A stretch of DNA of 63,869 nucleotides, filler included, from Octopus bimaculoides (taxonomy: Eukaryota), in NCBI RefSeq assembly GCF_001194135.2. It is 5 parts of 5 records of this genome, joined end to end, with 100 filler letters (N's around TTAATTAATTAA, not from the genome) between each part and the next. Parts side by side here need not be neighbours in the genome. Positions count along the whole stretch, not along the records: positions 26,187 to 41,628 come from NC_069010.1; 4 more parts are not named here. The stretch is one strand, 5' to 3'. This document shows, piece by piece, positions 28,321-39,829 of this stretch. The translations under genes and the position numbers were made by a program. Positions within the stretch are counted from its first letter, which is position 1; the number at the start of each line of letters is the position of its first letter. Under the pieces are notes generated by a model. That model was not told the DNA's origin. It saw nothing but the letters and a program-made list of their open reading frames with translations, and ran no database searches.

Positions 28321-28897
28321 GTAAATACCATTCCCATTTATCATTCGTTCATTCNNNNNNNNNNNNNNNNNNNNNNNNNNNNNNNNNNNNNNNNNNNNNN
28401 NNNNNNNNNNNNNNNNNNNNNNNNNNNNNNNNNNNNNNNNNNNNNNNNNNNNNNGCCCAAGGTGCCACGAAGTGGGACTGAACCCGGAACCATGTGGTTG
28501 GGAAATAAGCCTCTTAACTATACAGCCACTATTCCAAAATAATTAACACTCATTAAACGAATGACAGAGATAGTAATTACCTTGATTTAGCATTTCACCT
28601 GTTTAAACCAGTTGGACAGGTATATTTATTCACATATTTGCTCCTTGTATAAAAGGTAGGCACCTGATATGTCCTGTTATACCCCACCACTGCCCTCACA
28701 GTCCACCCTCGTAGCCTTCAATACCTACCTGCACCCTGCCTCACCGTCTACCAAACTCTTTGTTTGATTAAATATTTGTTCTCCTTTGCTGACATTTCCT
28801 GCCTCTTCAGAAAAAGAGGTAAGAAAAATTCTGTGTCAGCATTTTGTGGATAGAATTTGACTGATATAAGCCCATTTGTGGAGGTTCTCTGTGTGTG

Positions 28898-29134
28898 TGT
28901 CACACGAACCAATGGGATGTCAGCTTTGATTGATCACATGAACCAATGAGATGATGGCCTTGGTTGGTCACATGAACCAATGGAATGACGGCCTTGGTCA
29001 GTCACATGAACCAATCAGATGACAGCCTTTGTTGGTCACATGATCCAATGAGATGACAGCATTTGTTGGTTACATGATCTAATGAGATGACAGCATTTGT
29101 TGGTCACATGATCCAATGAGATGACACCCTTGGC
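28898..29134. repeat. 34-bp tandem repeat, about 7 copies
   Basis: Unit ggtcacatga(a/t)ccaatgagatgacagc(c/a)tttgtt. Confidence 0.9.
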
Positions 29135-29924
29135 CGGTCTGTTTTCCATGCTGGCATGGGTTGGATGGCTTGACAGGAGCTGACAAGCTTGACAGCTGCA
29201 CCTGGCTCCAGTCATCTGTTTTGGCATGGCTTCTATGGTTGACTGTCCTTCCTAACACCAACCACTTTACAGAATGTACTGGATGCTTCTTACGTGGCAC
29301 CAGCAAAAGGTGCTTTTTACGTGGCACTTGCACAGGGGTTTTTCATGTGGCACCAGCATGGCTGCTTTTCATGCGGCACCAGCACGGGTGCTTTTTATGT
29401 GGCTAAGGTTTGGTGGAAAACAAGACATTTGTACGACAGAACCAGAGGTGGTTTCAGCTGGGTTGATATCGAAAAGGTTAAGAAAAAATAAGTGCAGTTG
29501 CCGCAGTCAAATGACTGAAACAAAAAGAAAAAGTGAATATATAATCAGAACCACTTATTTTGACCTCCTATTGACTTTTGACAGTTACTATCTGATAAGT
29601 TATCTTGCTCTGCTTGCAGTAAAACCTGCAGAGATAAATCTGGGTTGTTATGCTATGTCAAATGTCAATGATTTTCTGCTATCATTTGCAGCAAAAGCAA
29701 ACTTTTTTGTGTTGTGTCATCGTCATCATCATCATCAGTTGATGTCTGGTTTCTGTGCTGGCATGGGTTGGACGGTTTGGCTGAAAACTGATTAGCTGGG
29801 GGGAGCTGCAGCAGGTTCTAGTTTGATTTGGCATGGTTTCTACAGCTGGATGCCCTTCCTAATGCCAATCACTACACAAGAGTGTAGTGGGTGCTCTTCA
29901 CATGCATAAAAAGCATGCTTTGAA

Positions 29925-30032
29925 CATTCAGAAATACCAAATAAGGAGCTTATGTGTTATTTCATAAAAAAATTTTTTTTTTAGATATGTATACGAAATA
30001 ACATATAGCTCCTTATTTGGTATTTCTGAATG
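29925..30032. repeat. Inverted repeat hairpin (~39-bp arms)
   Basis: cattcagaaataccaaataaggagcttatgtgttatttc ... gaaataacatatagctccttatttggtatttctgaatg. Confidence 0.9.
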
Positions 30033-30235
30033 TATTGGGTTGTCTGGAAAGTTCATGCCGATTTTTAAAGGAAAGAGAAAGGTCAATAAATACTTGCCAT
30101 TACATTTTTAATCAACCAAATATGAACCATTTTGTTGCACAATGCATCTCCATCTTTCCCTCTCTGTCTTTTCATTTACCTTCCCAATATCTCCCTGCAA
30201 TATCTCCATCTCTTCATCTCTCCGTACCCACACAG

Positions 30236-30452
30236 GTGCTGGCCTAGCTACAGTAGTCGTCTCCTACCTGTTCACCACCTACTATAACATCATCATCACC
30301 TGGTCATTCTACTATCTGTTCAACACCTTCACCTCCCTCCTGCCGTGGACCCACTGTAATCACACGTGGAGCTCTCCGGCCTGCTGGGACTCTGGTTCGG
30401 TCAACGCCACTTCGCCCAATGACACCATCTCGCCCACCGAGAACTTCTTTAT
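30236..30452 (+). CDS. SLC6 neurotransmitter:sodium symporter (inebriated-like), TM3-EL2 exon
   Basis: cccacacag|GT...AT|gtaagt. (G)AGLATVVVSYLFTTYYNIIITWSFYYLFNTFTSLLPWTHCNHTWSSPACWDSGSVNATSPNDTISPTENFF(M) contains the SLC6 PW..C...W...C signature and N-glycosylation sites. Confidence 0.95.
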
Positions 30453-30544
30453 GTAAGTAATTGGTTTGTTATCTTGTTTGTTCACCTGTGATTTTGCTTA
30501 TTCCGTTCGTTCGTTACTGTCTTCGTTCATTAATGTATTTGGTG

Positions 30545-31145
30545 GTTAGGTGAATTCGGCTCACAATCATAAGGTCGTGAGTTCAATTCCTAGCAGCATA
30601 TTGAGCAAGACACTTTATTTCCACATTGCTCCAGCTGGCAAAAAAATGAGTTGTACCTGTAATTCAAAAGGGGCCAACCTTGTTCCATTCTGTATCATAC
30701 TGAATCTCCCTGAGTCCCTGAGAACTACATTAAGGGTACACATGTCTGTGGGGTACTCAACCACTTGCACGTTAATTTCATGAGCAGGCTGTTCCGTTGA
30801 TCGGATCAACTGGAACCCTTGTCATTGTAACTGACAGAGTACTTCTTGTGAAGGCGCGTGGCTCAGTGGTTAGGGCATTCGGCTCACAATCGTAAGGTTG
30901 TGAGTTCAATTCCGGGTGACGCGTTGTGTCCTTGAGCAAGGCACTTTATTCCACGTTGCCCCAATCCACTCAGCTGGCAAAAATAAGTTGCACCTGTAAT
31001 TCAAAAGGGGCCAACCTTGTCCCATACTGTGTCACACTGAATCTCCCTGAGAACTACATTAAGGGTACACGTGTCTGTGAGGTACTCAGCCACTTGCATG
31101 TTAATTTTATGAACAGGTTGTTCTGTTGATTGGATCACCTGGAGT
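30545..31145 (+). mobile_element. Two tandem tRNA-derived SINE copies (second starts ~30849)
   Basis: Head gaaggcgcgtggctcagtggttagggcattcggctcacaatcgtaaggttgtgagttcaattcc has A/B-box-like motifs, and both copies share the body. Confidence 0.85.
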
Positions 31146-31534
31146 ACATGTCATCACAAACAGCAGATTCAGGTTACTGTATTTGCTAATTACAATTTTG
31201 TTCATTAATTTGTATATCCATTGCTGTGTCTGCTCATTAACTGGTTTGATCGTTACTTCCTTCCATAACCTTGTTTGTTACTGCATTTGTTCGTTACTGT
31301 GTGTTTGTTAATTTGGTTAATTTATTTCTTCGTTACTTCATTTACTCATTAATTTAGCCATTATCTTGCAAGCTATTTTATTGTATTAAGTTGTGCATTG
31401 TTCATTAATCCATTTGCTCATTAATATCTTTGCTCGTTACTAATTTACTCATCACCATGTTAGCTCCCTGCTAATATGCTCGTTAATACACTTGCTCATT
31501 ATTGTTTGCTCGTTATTATGTTTTTTTTTGTTTT

Positions 31535-31945
31535 TACTTGTTTCAGTCATTTGACTGCAGCCATGCTGGAGCACCGCCTTTAGTTGAGTAAATCGACCCC
31601 AGGACTTATTCTTTGTAAGCCTAGTACTTATTCTATCGGTCTCTTTTGCCGAACTGCTAAGTTATGGGGTCGTAAACACACCAGCATCGGTATCAAGCGA
31701 TGTTGGGGGGGGGGGAGACAAACACAGACACACACACAGACACACACACAGACACACACACAGGCACACACACACACATATATGTGTCTGTGTGTGTTTG
31801 TCCCCACTACTGCTTGACAGTTGGTGTTGGTTTGTTTACGTCCCTGTACCACATAATAAGTTCCAGGCTAAAAACAGAAACAAGTCCTAAAGTCAATTTG
31901 TTTGGCTAAAATCCTTCAAGGAGATGCTCCAGCATGGCCGCGATC
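31535..31945 (-). mobile_element. SINE-type repeat; further copies at about 5920-6150, 21240-21450, 33560-33760, 35380-35620, 42410-42800, 50960-51200, 53500-53720
   Basis: Recurrent ttttacttgtttcagtcatttgactgc.gccatgctggagcaccgcc...ttcttttgccgaactgctaag. Confidence 0.8.
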
Positions 31946-32029
31946 TAAAGAGTAGTACAAGTTACTACATTTGCTTATTACTTTACTTAGTTCGTTATCT
32001 TGTTTATTACCTTGTTTGTTCATTATCTC

Positions 32030-32495
32030 ATTAGTTCAGTACCTCGTTAGTTCAGTACCTCGTTAATTCATTACCTTGTTAGTTCAATACCTTGTTAGTT
32101 CAATACCTCATTAATTCAATACCTCGTTAGTTCAATACTTCATTAATTCAATACCTCGTCACTTCAATACCTCGTAAGTTCAACACCTCGTCACTTCAAT
32201 ACCTCGTTAGTTCAATACCTTGTTTGTTCATTACCTCATTTGTTCAATACCTTGCTTGTCTGTTTGTTACCTCTACCTCGTTAGTTCAATACCTCGTTAG
32301 TTCAATACCTTGTTTGTTCATTACCTCATTTGTTCAATACCTCGTTTGTTTGTTCGTTACCTCTACCTCGTTTGTTCATTTCTTTCTTTATCCATTACCC
32401 TAGTTTGTTACTTAATTTGCTTGTTACTTAATTTGCTTGTTACTTAATTTGCTTGTTACTTAATTTGCTTGTTACTTAATTTGCTTGTTACTTTG
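32030..32495. repeat. Minisatellites (gttcaatacctcgtta)n then (ttgttacttaatttgc)n
   Basis: Directly visible short tandem units. Confidence 0.85.
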
Positions 32496-33043
32496 TTAAT
32501 TTCTTAACTTGTGATGTGGATTCTCAAGGTGAGCTCTGATTGGCTGAATGCAAATGAATTCATTACTAGGGTCNNNNNNNNNNNNNNNNNNNNNNNNNNN
32601 NNNNNNNNNNNNNNNNNNGGGGGGGGGGGGAGATTCCACTGCCAGTTAACCCATTGGTGGAGCCCTAACAGGGGCTATAACTCTGGGTCAGAGTAGATCT
32701 AGGAACAATAGTGGCTAAGAGGTGATTCCGTGCTCCTTAAAGTCCCATTCCCTGATGCAGTTTAAAGTCTTACCCAGGGCTAGTAGAGTTTACATTTAAG
32801 GCTCAATGGGAGTACAAGTTTACGTGTGGTCCCTAGTCACGTGCCTATACGCTTTGGGATAGTATGACTCATAGCCGCTCATCTTGTCATGAACTGTTGA
32901 CCGTTGCAGAGGATTCACTGACCGAATCGCCGTCGATTATCAGAACAGAGGTTGCCAGGGTTTGATGCGGGTGGTACACATGTTAGTTAATCCATAGGTG
33001 GGGCCCTGACAGGGGTTACTACTCTGGGTCTGAGTAGACCCGG

Positions 33044-33545
33044 GAACAATAATGGCTAAGGGTGTGTTTCTACAAGACCTTGGAACTCCCGTATCAAGGC
33101 CTTGCTACTGGATGCAGGGAATGNNNNNNNNNNNNNNNNNNNNNNNNNNNNNNNNNNNNNNNNNNNNNNNNNNNNNNNNNNNNNNNNNNNNNNNNNNNNN
33201 NNNNNNNNNNNNNNNNNNNNNNNNNNNNNNNNNNNNNNNNNNNNNNNNNNNNNNNNNNNNNNNNNNNNNNNGCTACTGGATGCAGGGAATAATAATGGCT
33301 AAGGGGGTGTTTCTACAAGACCTTGGAACTCCCGTATCAAGGCCTTGCTACTGGATGCAGGGAATAATAATGGCTAAGGGGGTGTTTCTACAAGACCTTG
33401 GAACTCCCGTATCAAGGCCTTGCTACTGGATGCAGGGAACAATAATGGCTAAGGGTGTGTTTCTACAAGACCTTGGAACTCCCGTATCAAGGCCTTGCTA
33501 CTGGATGCAGGGAATGATAATGGCTAAGGGGGTGTTTCTGGAAGA
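33044..33545. repeat. 75-bp minisatellite (partly in a gap)
   Basis: aagggggtgt recurs at 33301 and 33376. The unit translates as MAKGVFLQDLGTPVSRPCYWMQGII in one frame. Confidence 0.9.
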
Positions 33546-34052
33546 CCCTGTCTATGTTCACCTCCCACTGCTTCACAACCAGTGTTGGTGTGTTTACGTC
33601 CCTATAACTTAGCGGTTCGGCAAAAGATATCGATAGAATAAGTACCAGGCTTTGCAGAAAAATAAGTACTGAAGTTGATCCATTTGACTAAAGAATTCTT
33701 CCAGGAAGTGCCCCAGCATGGCCACTGTCTGATGACTGCAACAAGTAAAAGATAACAATTAAGATAATTTTATTGCATTTTATTTTATTTTTTTAATGTT
33801 TTTTATATTATTTTATTTTATTTATTGTTTTTTATTTTTTGTTTTTATTTTTTATATTATTTAATTTTATTTATTGTTTTTTATTTTTTGTTTTTATTTT
33901 TTATATTATTCTATTTTTTGTTTTTTTAATTTTATATTTTGTTTATTTTATTTTTTTATTTTATTTTATTTTTTATTTTTATTTTTTTATTTTTTTTTTT
34001 TTTTATTTTATTTTATTTTATTTTGTATGTTTTTCTCTTTCTCTTCTTCCAG

Positions 34053-34185
34053 GAACGCCCTACTTCAGAAAACTCCTCGAATGGAAGAACAGGGAGTAAT
34101 CCGATGGGAACTGGTACTCCTGTTAATGTTATGTTGGCTGATTGTATATTTCTGTATCTGGAAAGGTCCTAAGTCCACTGGCAAG
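34053..34185 (+). CDS. SLC6 exon (EL2-TM4)
   Basis: ctcttcttccag|G...GGCAAG|gtactg. [44 protein letters not shown] joins the previous exon in phase 2 (AT+G = Met). Confidence 0.95.
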
Positions 34186-34993
34186 GTACTGATTATTCGT
34201 TATTTCTTAATTAATTAAAGCAACAAGGTGGNNNNNNNNNNNNNNNNNNNNNNNNNNNNNNNNNNNNNNNNNNNNNNNNNNNNNNNNNNNNNNNNNNNNN
34301 NNNNNNNNNNNNNNNNNNNNNNNNNNNNNNNNNNNNNNNNNNNNNNNNNNNNNNNNNNNNNNNNNNNNNNNNNNNNNNNNNNNNNNNNNNNNNNNNNNNN
34401 NNNNNNNNNNNNNNNNNNNNNNNNNNNNNNNNNNNNNNNNNNNNNNNNNNNNNNNNNNNNNNNNNNNNNNNNNNNNNNNNNNNNNNNNNNNNNNNNNNNN
34501 NNNNNNNNNNNNNNNNNNNNNNNNNNNNNNNNNNNNNNNNNNNNNNNNNNNNNNNNNNNNNNNNNNNNNNNNNNNNNNNNNNNNNNNNNNNNNNNNNNNN
34601 NNNNNNNNNNNNNNNNNNNNNNNNNNNNNNNNNNNNNNNNNNNNNNNNNNNNNNNNNNNNNNNNNNNNNNNNNNNNNNNNNNNNNNNNNNNNNNNNNNNN
34701 NNNNNNNNNNNNNNNNNNNNNNNNNNNNNNNNNNNNNNNNNNNNNNNNNNNNNNNNNNNNNNNNNNNNNNNNNNNNNNNNNNNNNNNNNNNNNNNNNNNN
34801 NATTATTATTATTATGGCAACGAGCTGGCAGAATGCTTAGCAACATTTCGTTCATCTTTATATTCTGGGTTCAAACTTTGCTGAGGTTGACTTTGCCTTT
34901 CATCCTTTGGGGGTCGATGAAATAAGGACCAGTTACACACTGGAGTCGCTGTAATCGACTATCCCCCCTCCCTCAAATTTCCTTCTCTCTATC

Positions 34994-35036
<43 letters not shown>

Positions 35037-35130
35037 ATTTCTCTGCTTCTTTGTCACCCCTGTTCTTTCTACACCACACATTGTTTATCCTCCTCATATC
35101 TCTCCATGTCTTTCTCTCTCTCTTCTCCAG

Positions 35131-35265
35131 GTTGTTTATGTCACTGCCATCTTTCCATACATTGTACTCATCATCCTGTTGATCCGAGGAGTAACTCTGC
35201 CGGGTGCCAAGGAAGGAATTCTGTTCTTCATTAAACCGAAATGGTACCAACTTGCGGATGCTAAA
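35131..35265 (+). CDS. SLC6 exon (TM5), 135 nt, phase 0-0
   Basis: tcttctccag|GTT...AAA|gtaagt. [45 protein letters not shown] carries the canonical FPY..L..L..RG.TLPGA motif. Confidence 0.97.
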
Positions 35266-35681
35266 GTAAGTATTGACTGAAACCATCCTCAGTGTGCTGT
35301 TCTCAGGCTTACTCCTGATGATGGGATCGGGTAAGTCTTGCAGCTAATTGCTGGCAATGTTTTTATAGTTTTATCGTTTATTTGTTTCAGCCATTAGACT
35401 GCAGCCATGCTGGGGCAATGCCTTGAAGAATTTTTAGCTGAATGAATCAACCCAGTACTTATTTATTTATTAATTTTTTTTTTGGTTTTGTTTTAAGCCT
35501 GGTAGTTTATTCACTCAGTCTCTTTTGCCAAACTGCTAAGTTACAGAGATGTAAACATACCAACACTGGTTGTCAAGCAATGGTGGTGAACGAAGACACA
35601 CACCAGTCGCACACTGGGGTTGATGTAATCGACTTAACCCTTTTCCCCCAAATTTGAGGCCTTGTGCTTCTAGTAGAAAGG

Positions 35682-35743
<62 letters not shown>

Positions 35744-35918
35744 TTAGTCTTATTTTTATCATGTGCTTTCACTGCACTACTGAGCACAGCTCTGTGTGCC
35801 TTGGGTATGTGCTGTGGTTTGTTGTGGTGCTCTTATTTTTCCTGTATTGAAAGTGTTTTTATGTAGGATGTGTGCGGTGCTTGGTAGTGCTATTTTCTGT
35901 ATGTTATATAAATTCATA

Positions 35919-35949
<31 letters not shown>

Positions 35950-36151
35950 TACTAAGGCTGCGTGTTTCTATAATTAAAATGTCGTTCCTGTTCTTTTGTT
36001 AATGTGAAAGTAATTAATTTATTTAATGTTACATTCAGAAGAAAACAGGTCATGGATCTCGTTAACATCAACGAGACCTGAATGCAGTGAACAAACACAA
36101 TGATGTCTGCACACACACATGCATGCACTTATATATATATATGTATACATA

Positions 36152-36187
<36 letters not shown>

Positions 36188-36269
36188 ACGCATACTTGTG
36201 TGTGTACATATATGTATGTGTGATAATATATATGTTTTTGTGTGTATGTGCATATATATATATATATAT

Positions 36270-36631
36270 AAATTTAAAAACAAATTATACGCCCAGGACG
36301 AGGGGGCAGCCATCGGTGTTAGTATCGCCGGTGATGTGGTCAATCTCTTCATGGTATGGTGGGACAGAAGGCTTAAGGAACGCCTGACACAGAACTTCAT
36401 ACTCGTGAATGTGTACTCTCGATATGTCGATGATATCAACTTAGTGGTAAAGACACACCCTCAAGAGAGTACCCCTGAAATAGAAATAGAAACTAAGACT
36501 ATGGAGAGCATCCAGCAAATAGCTAACTCCATCCACCAGAGTATTAAAGTTACGATAGACTACCCTACTAAACACCCTAACCATAGATTACCTGTATTAG
36601 ATACTGAACTCTGGCTAGAAACCAAGAACAA
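36270..36631 (+). mobile_element. Penelope-like element reverse transcriptase fragment
   Basis: LYAQDEGAAIGVSIAGDVVNLFMVWWD...YSRYVDDINL...RLPVLDTELW (Q..G...G, YVDD and LP.LD motifs). Confidence 0.85.
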
Positions 36632-37727
36632 NNNNNNNNNNNNNNNNNNNNNNNNNNNNNNNNNNNNNNNNNNNNNNNNNNNNNNNNNNNNNNNNNNNNN
36701 NNNNNNNNNNNNNNNNNNNNNNNNNNNNNNNNNNNNNNNNNNNNNNNNNNNNNNNNNNNNNNNNNNNNNNNNNNNNNNNNNNNNNNNNNNNNNNNNNNNN
36801 NNNNNNNNNNNNNNNNNNNNNNNNNNNNNNNNNNNNNNNNNNNNNNNNNNNNNNNNNNNNNNNNNNNNNNNNNNNNNNNNNNNNNNNNNNNNNNNNNNNN
36901 NNNNNNNNNNNNNNNNNNNNNNNNNNNNNNNNNNNNNNNNNNNNNNNNNNNNNNNNNNNNNNNNNNNNNNNNNNNNNNNNNNNNNNNNNNNNNNNNNNNN
37001 NNNNNNNNNNNNNNNNNNNNNNNNNNNNNNNNNNNNNNNNNNNNNNNNNNNNNNNNNNNNNNNNNNNNNNNNNNNNNNNNNNNNNNNNNNNNNNNNNNNN
37101 NNNNNNNNNNNNNNNNNNNNNNNNNNNNNNNNNNNNNNNNNNNNNNNNNNNNNNNNNNNNNNNNNNNNNNNNNNNNNNNNNNNNNNNNNNNNNNNNNNNN
37201 NNNNNNNNNNNNNNNNNNNNNNNNNNNNNNNNNNNNNNNNNNNNNNNNNNNNNNNNNNNNNNNNNNNNNNNNNNNNNNNNNNNNNNNNNNNNNNNNNNNN
37301 NNNNNNNNNNNNNNNNNNNNNNNNNNNNNNNNNNNNNNNNNNNNNNNNNNNNNNNNNNNNNNNNNNNNNNNNNNNNNNNNNNNNNNNNNNNNNNNNNNNN
37401 NNNNNNNNNNNNNNNNNNNNNNNNNNNNNNNNCATACACACATGCACTTACAAAAGACACAGACACATTGAAGGACACGCATGCGTAGACACATACAATA
37501 GGAATACAAAATACAGAAATAGCTGATATTTAGCAAGGTGAGACACACATAAGAAGGAAGGAAACAAAGGACCACTGATGAGGTCACAGAAGTGTGACGA
37601 AAGAACTCTGGCCGAAATAAGATTAAGATTAATGTAATATAAAGCTGAAGCAAATTAACACCAAATATACAGTGCGTGTGTTTTTATTGGCTAAACTGGC
37701 AATATGACCATCCCCAAGTACAACAAC

Positions 37728-37766
<39 letters not shown>

Positions 37767-37835
37767 GGTATGTCCATGTGTATGTGCATGTATGTGAATG
37801 TATACATACATACATACATATACTACTTGTTCTGA

Positions 37836-38260
37836 TCTGTGGTTCACAACACTTCATCACCCAAGAAGGGATGGTAGCTTCAGCGAAGGAGTTCTTTGTC
37901 TCGAGGGACAGGAAATGGTGTCATCATGGGATCAAGGAACTGACAGAAAGATGGCTTCAGACGGTGCAATACGATGGACTCTACTTTGAATGCTGGGCTG
38001 TGTTTGTTTGTATAAATCAAAGAAGTTAACCAAGATATTGCAAAACTTTTGACTCAGCACAATAGAATGGAGCATCGAAATGATGCCACACCCAGAAGAT
38101 AGTCCGGACCTAGCTTCCATGGATTATTACTTGTTCTGAATTCTGTGGCTCACTTCCTGCGCTCACGATGCATCATCAACCAAGAGGAGGTTGAAACTTC
38201 AGGGAAGGAGTTCTTGGCTTCAAAGGACAAAAAAAAGGGGTCATCGTGAGATCAAAGCAC
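37836..38260 (+). mobile_element. Two mariner (DD34D-type) transposase C-terminal remnants
   Basis: SAKEFFVSRDRKWCHHGIKELTERWLQTVQYDGLYFE*, and PEDSPDLASMDYYLF (compare YSPDLAPSDYHLF). Confidence 0.75.
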
Positions 38261-38358
38261 CGGCAAAAAAAAAGGGGTCACCGTGAGATCAAAGCACCGG
38301 CAAAAAAAAAGGGGTCATCGTGAGATCAAAGCACCAGCAAAAAAAAAGGGGTCCTCGT
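38226..38358. repeat. ~37-bp tandem repeat entering a gap
   Basis: aaaaaaaaggggtcatcgtgagatcaaagcaccggc, three or more copies. Confidence 0.85.
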
Positions 38359-39829
38359 NNNNNNNNNNNNNNNNNNNNNNNNNNNNNNNNNNNNNNNNNN
38401 NNNNNNNNNNNNNNNNNNNNNNNNNNNNNNNNNNNNNNNNNNNNNNNNNNNNNNNNNNNNNNNNNNNNNNNNNNNNNNNNNNNNNNNNNNNNNNNNNNNN
38501 NNNNNNNNNNNNNNNNNNNNNNNNNNNNNNNNNNNNNNNNNNNNNNNNNNNNNNNNNNNNNNNNNNNNNNNNNNNNNNNNNNNNNNNNNNNNNNNNNNNN
38601 NNNNNNNNNNNNNNNNNNNNNNNNNNNNNNNNNNNNNNNNNNNNNNNNNNNNNNNNNNNNNNNNNNNNNNNNNNNNNNNNNNNNNNNNNNNNNNNNNNNN
38701 NNNNNNNNNNNNNNNNNNNNNNNNNNNNNNNNNNNNNNNNNNNNNNNNNNNNNNNNNNNNNNNNNNNNNNNNNNNNNNNNNNNNNNNNNNNNNNNNNNNN
38801 NNNNNNNNNNNNNNNNNNNNNNNNNNNNNNNNNNNNNNNNNNNNNNNNNNNNNNNNNNNNNNNNNNNNNNNNNNNNNNNNNNNNNNNNNNNNNNNNNNNN
38901 NNNNNNNNNNNNNNNNNNNNNNNNNNNNNNNNNNNNNNNNNNNNNNNNNNNNNNNNNNNNNNNNNNNNNNNNNNNNNNNNNNNNNNNNNNNNNNNNNNNN
39001 NNNNNNNNNNNNNNNNNNNNNNNNNNNNNNNNNNNNNNNNNNNNNNNNNNNNNNNNNNNNNNNNNNNNNNNNNNNTAAAGCAAATTTAAAATGAAAAAAG
39101 CAAATAAAACGAAGGTATGGAGATTAAATACGCTTTACATCGCTTAATCAGCCAAAGGAGTAAATGTAAACAACTGAATACTTGTCAGTGATTGGTTGAA
39201 ATTATCGAAATAAGACAATTTTTTACATGAAATAAATTCGAATACAAAAATATTTTTCTGTTCTATAACGCAAAATAGATAAGTATACGAAGTTTGAAAG
39301 TCTTTCCGTACCAAAAACACTACGTAAAACATTAATGAAAAATGTGGCCCCCGTTTTAAAATAGAACCCGAAAGACATGCAAATTTTTATGTAAAAATGC
39401 ATGTACTACTATTACCTGGAAGAATATTCTTTGAATCTTTCTGGGACACTGTATACTTCAATATTTTGTGGTGTCTAGTGACAGTCAAGCCTTAATCTCA
39501 ACTGTTTTACCTAAATAGTCATGTAAACTGGAACATGTTGCATTGCAGCATAATTCATACGCAGTAGCTACTGCGTCGAGGCATCACATCATTGCATGCA
39601 GAGTGTGCATTGCAGCACTGAATAGTTTGCAGTAGTAGACAGACCCACCCACTTCAACAGGTAGTCGCCTGTTTACAGCACTCCGGTCATTATGTGTGTG
39701 TGTTAAAAAAACATGTATATACATATGTTAAAGAAACATAAAATAGATGTGTAAACAAACAGAAAGCAGACGCAGAACACCAAATCTTCATCAGTTATCA
39801 GCCAGAAAGTGGATCACAGTTTTGCGTCT

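Noticed and set aside
30849-30925. tRNA-Val/Gly-like sequences (also 46363, 43630, 51237)
   Set aside because: The acceptor stems are broken and the sequence runs into SINE bodies, so these are SINE heads, not tRNA genes.
34207-34218. TTAATTAATTAA 21 nt after an SLC6 donor
   Set aside because: Not flanked by symmetric Ns, so most likely a natural AT-rich match rather than a linker.
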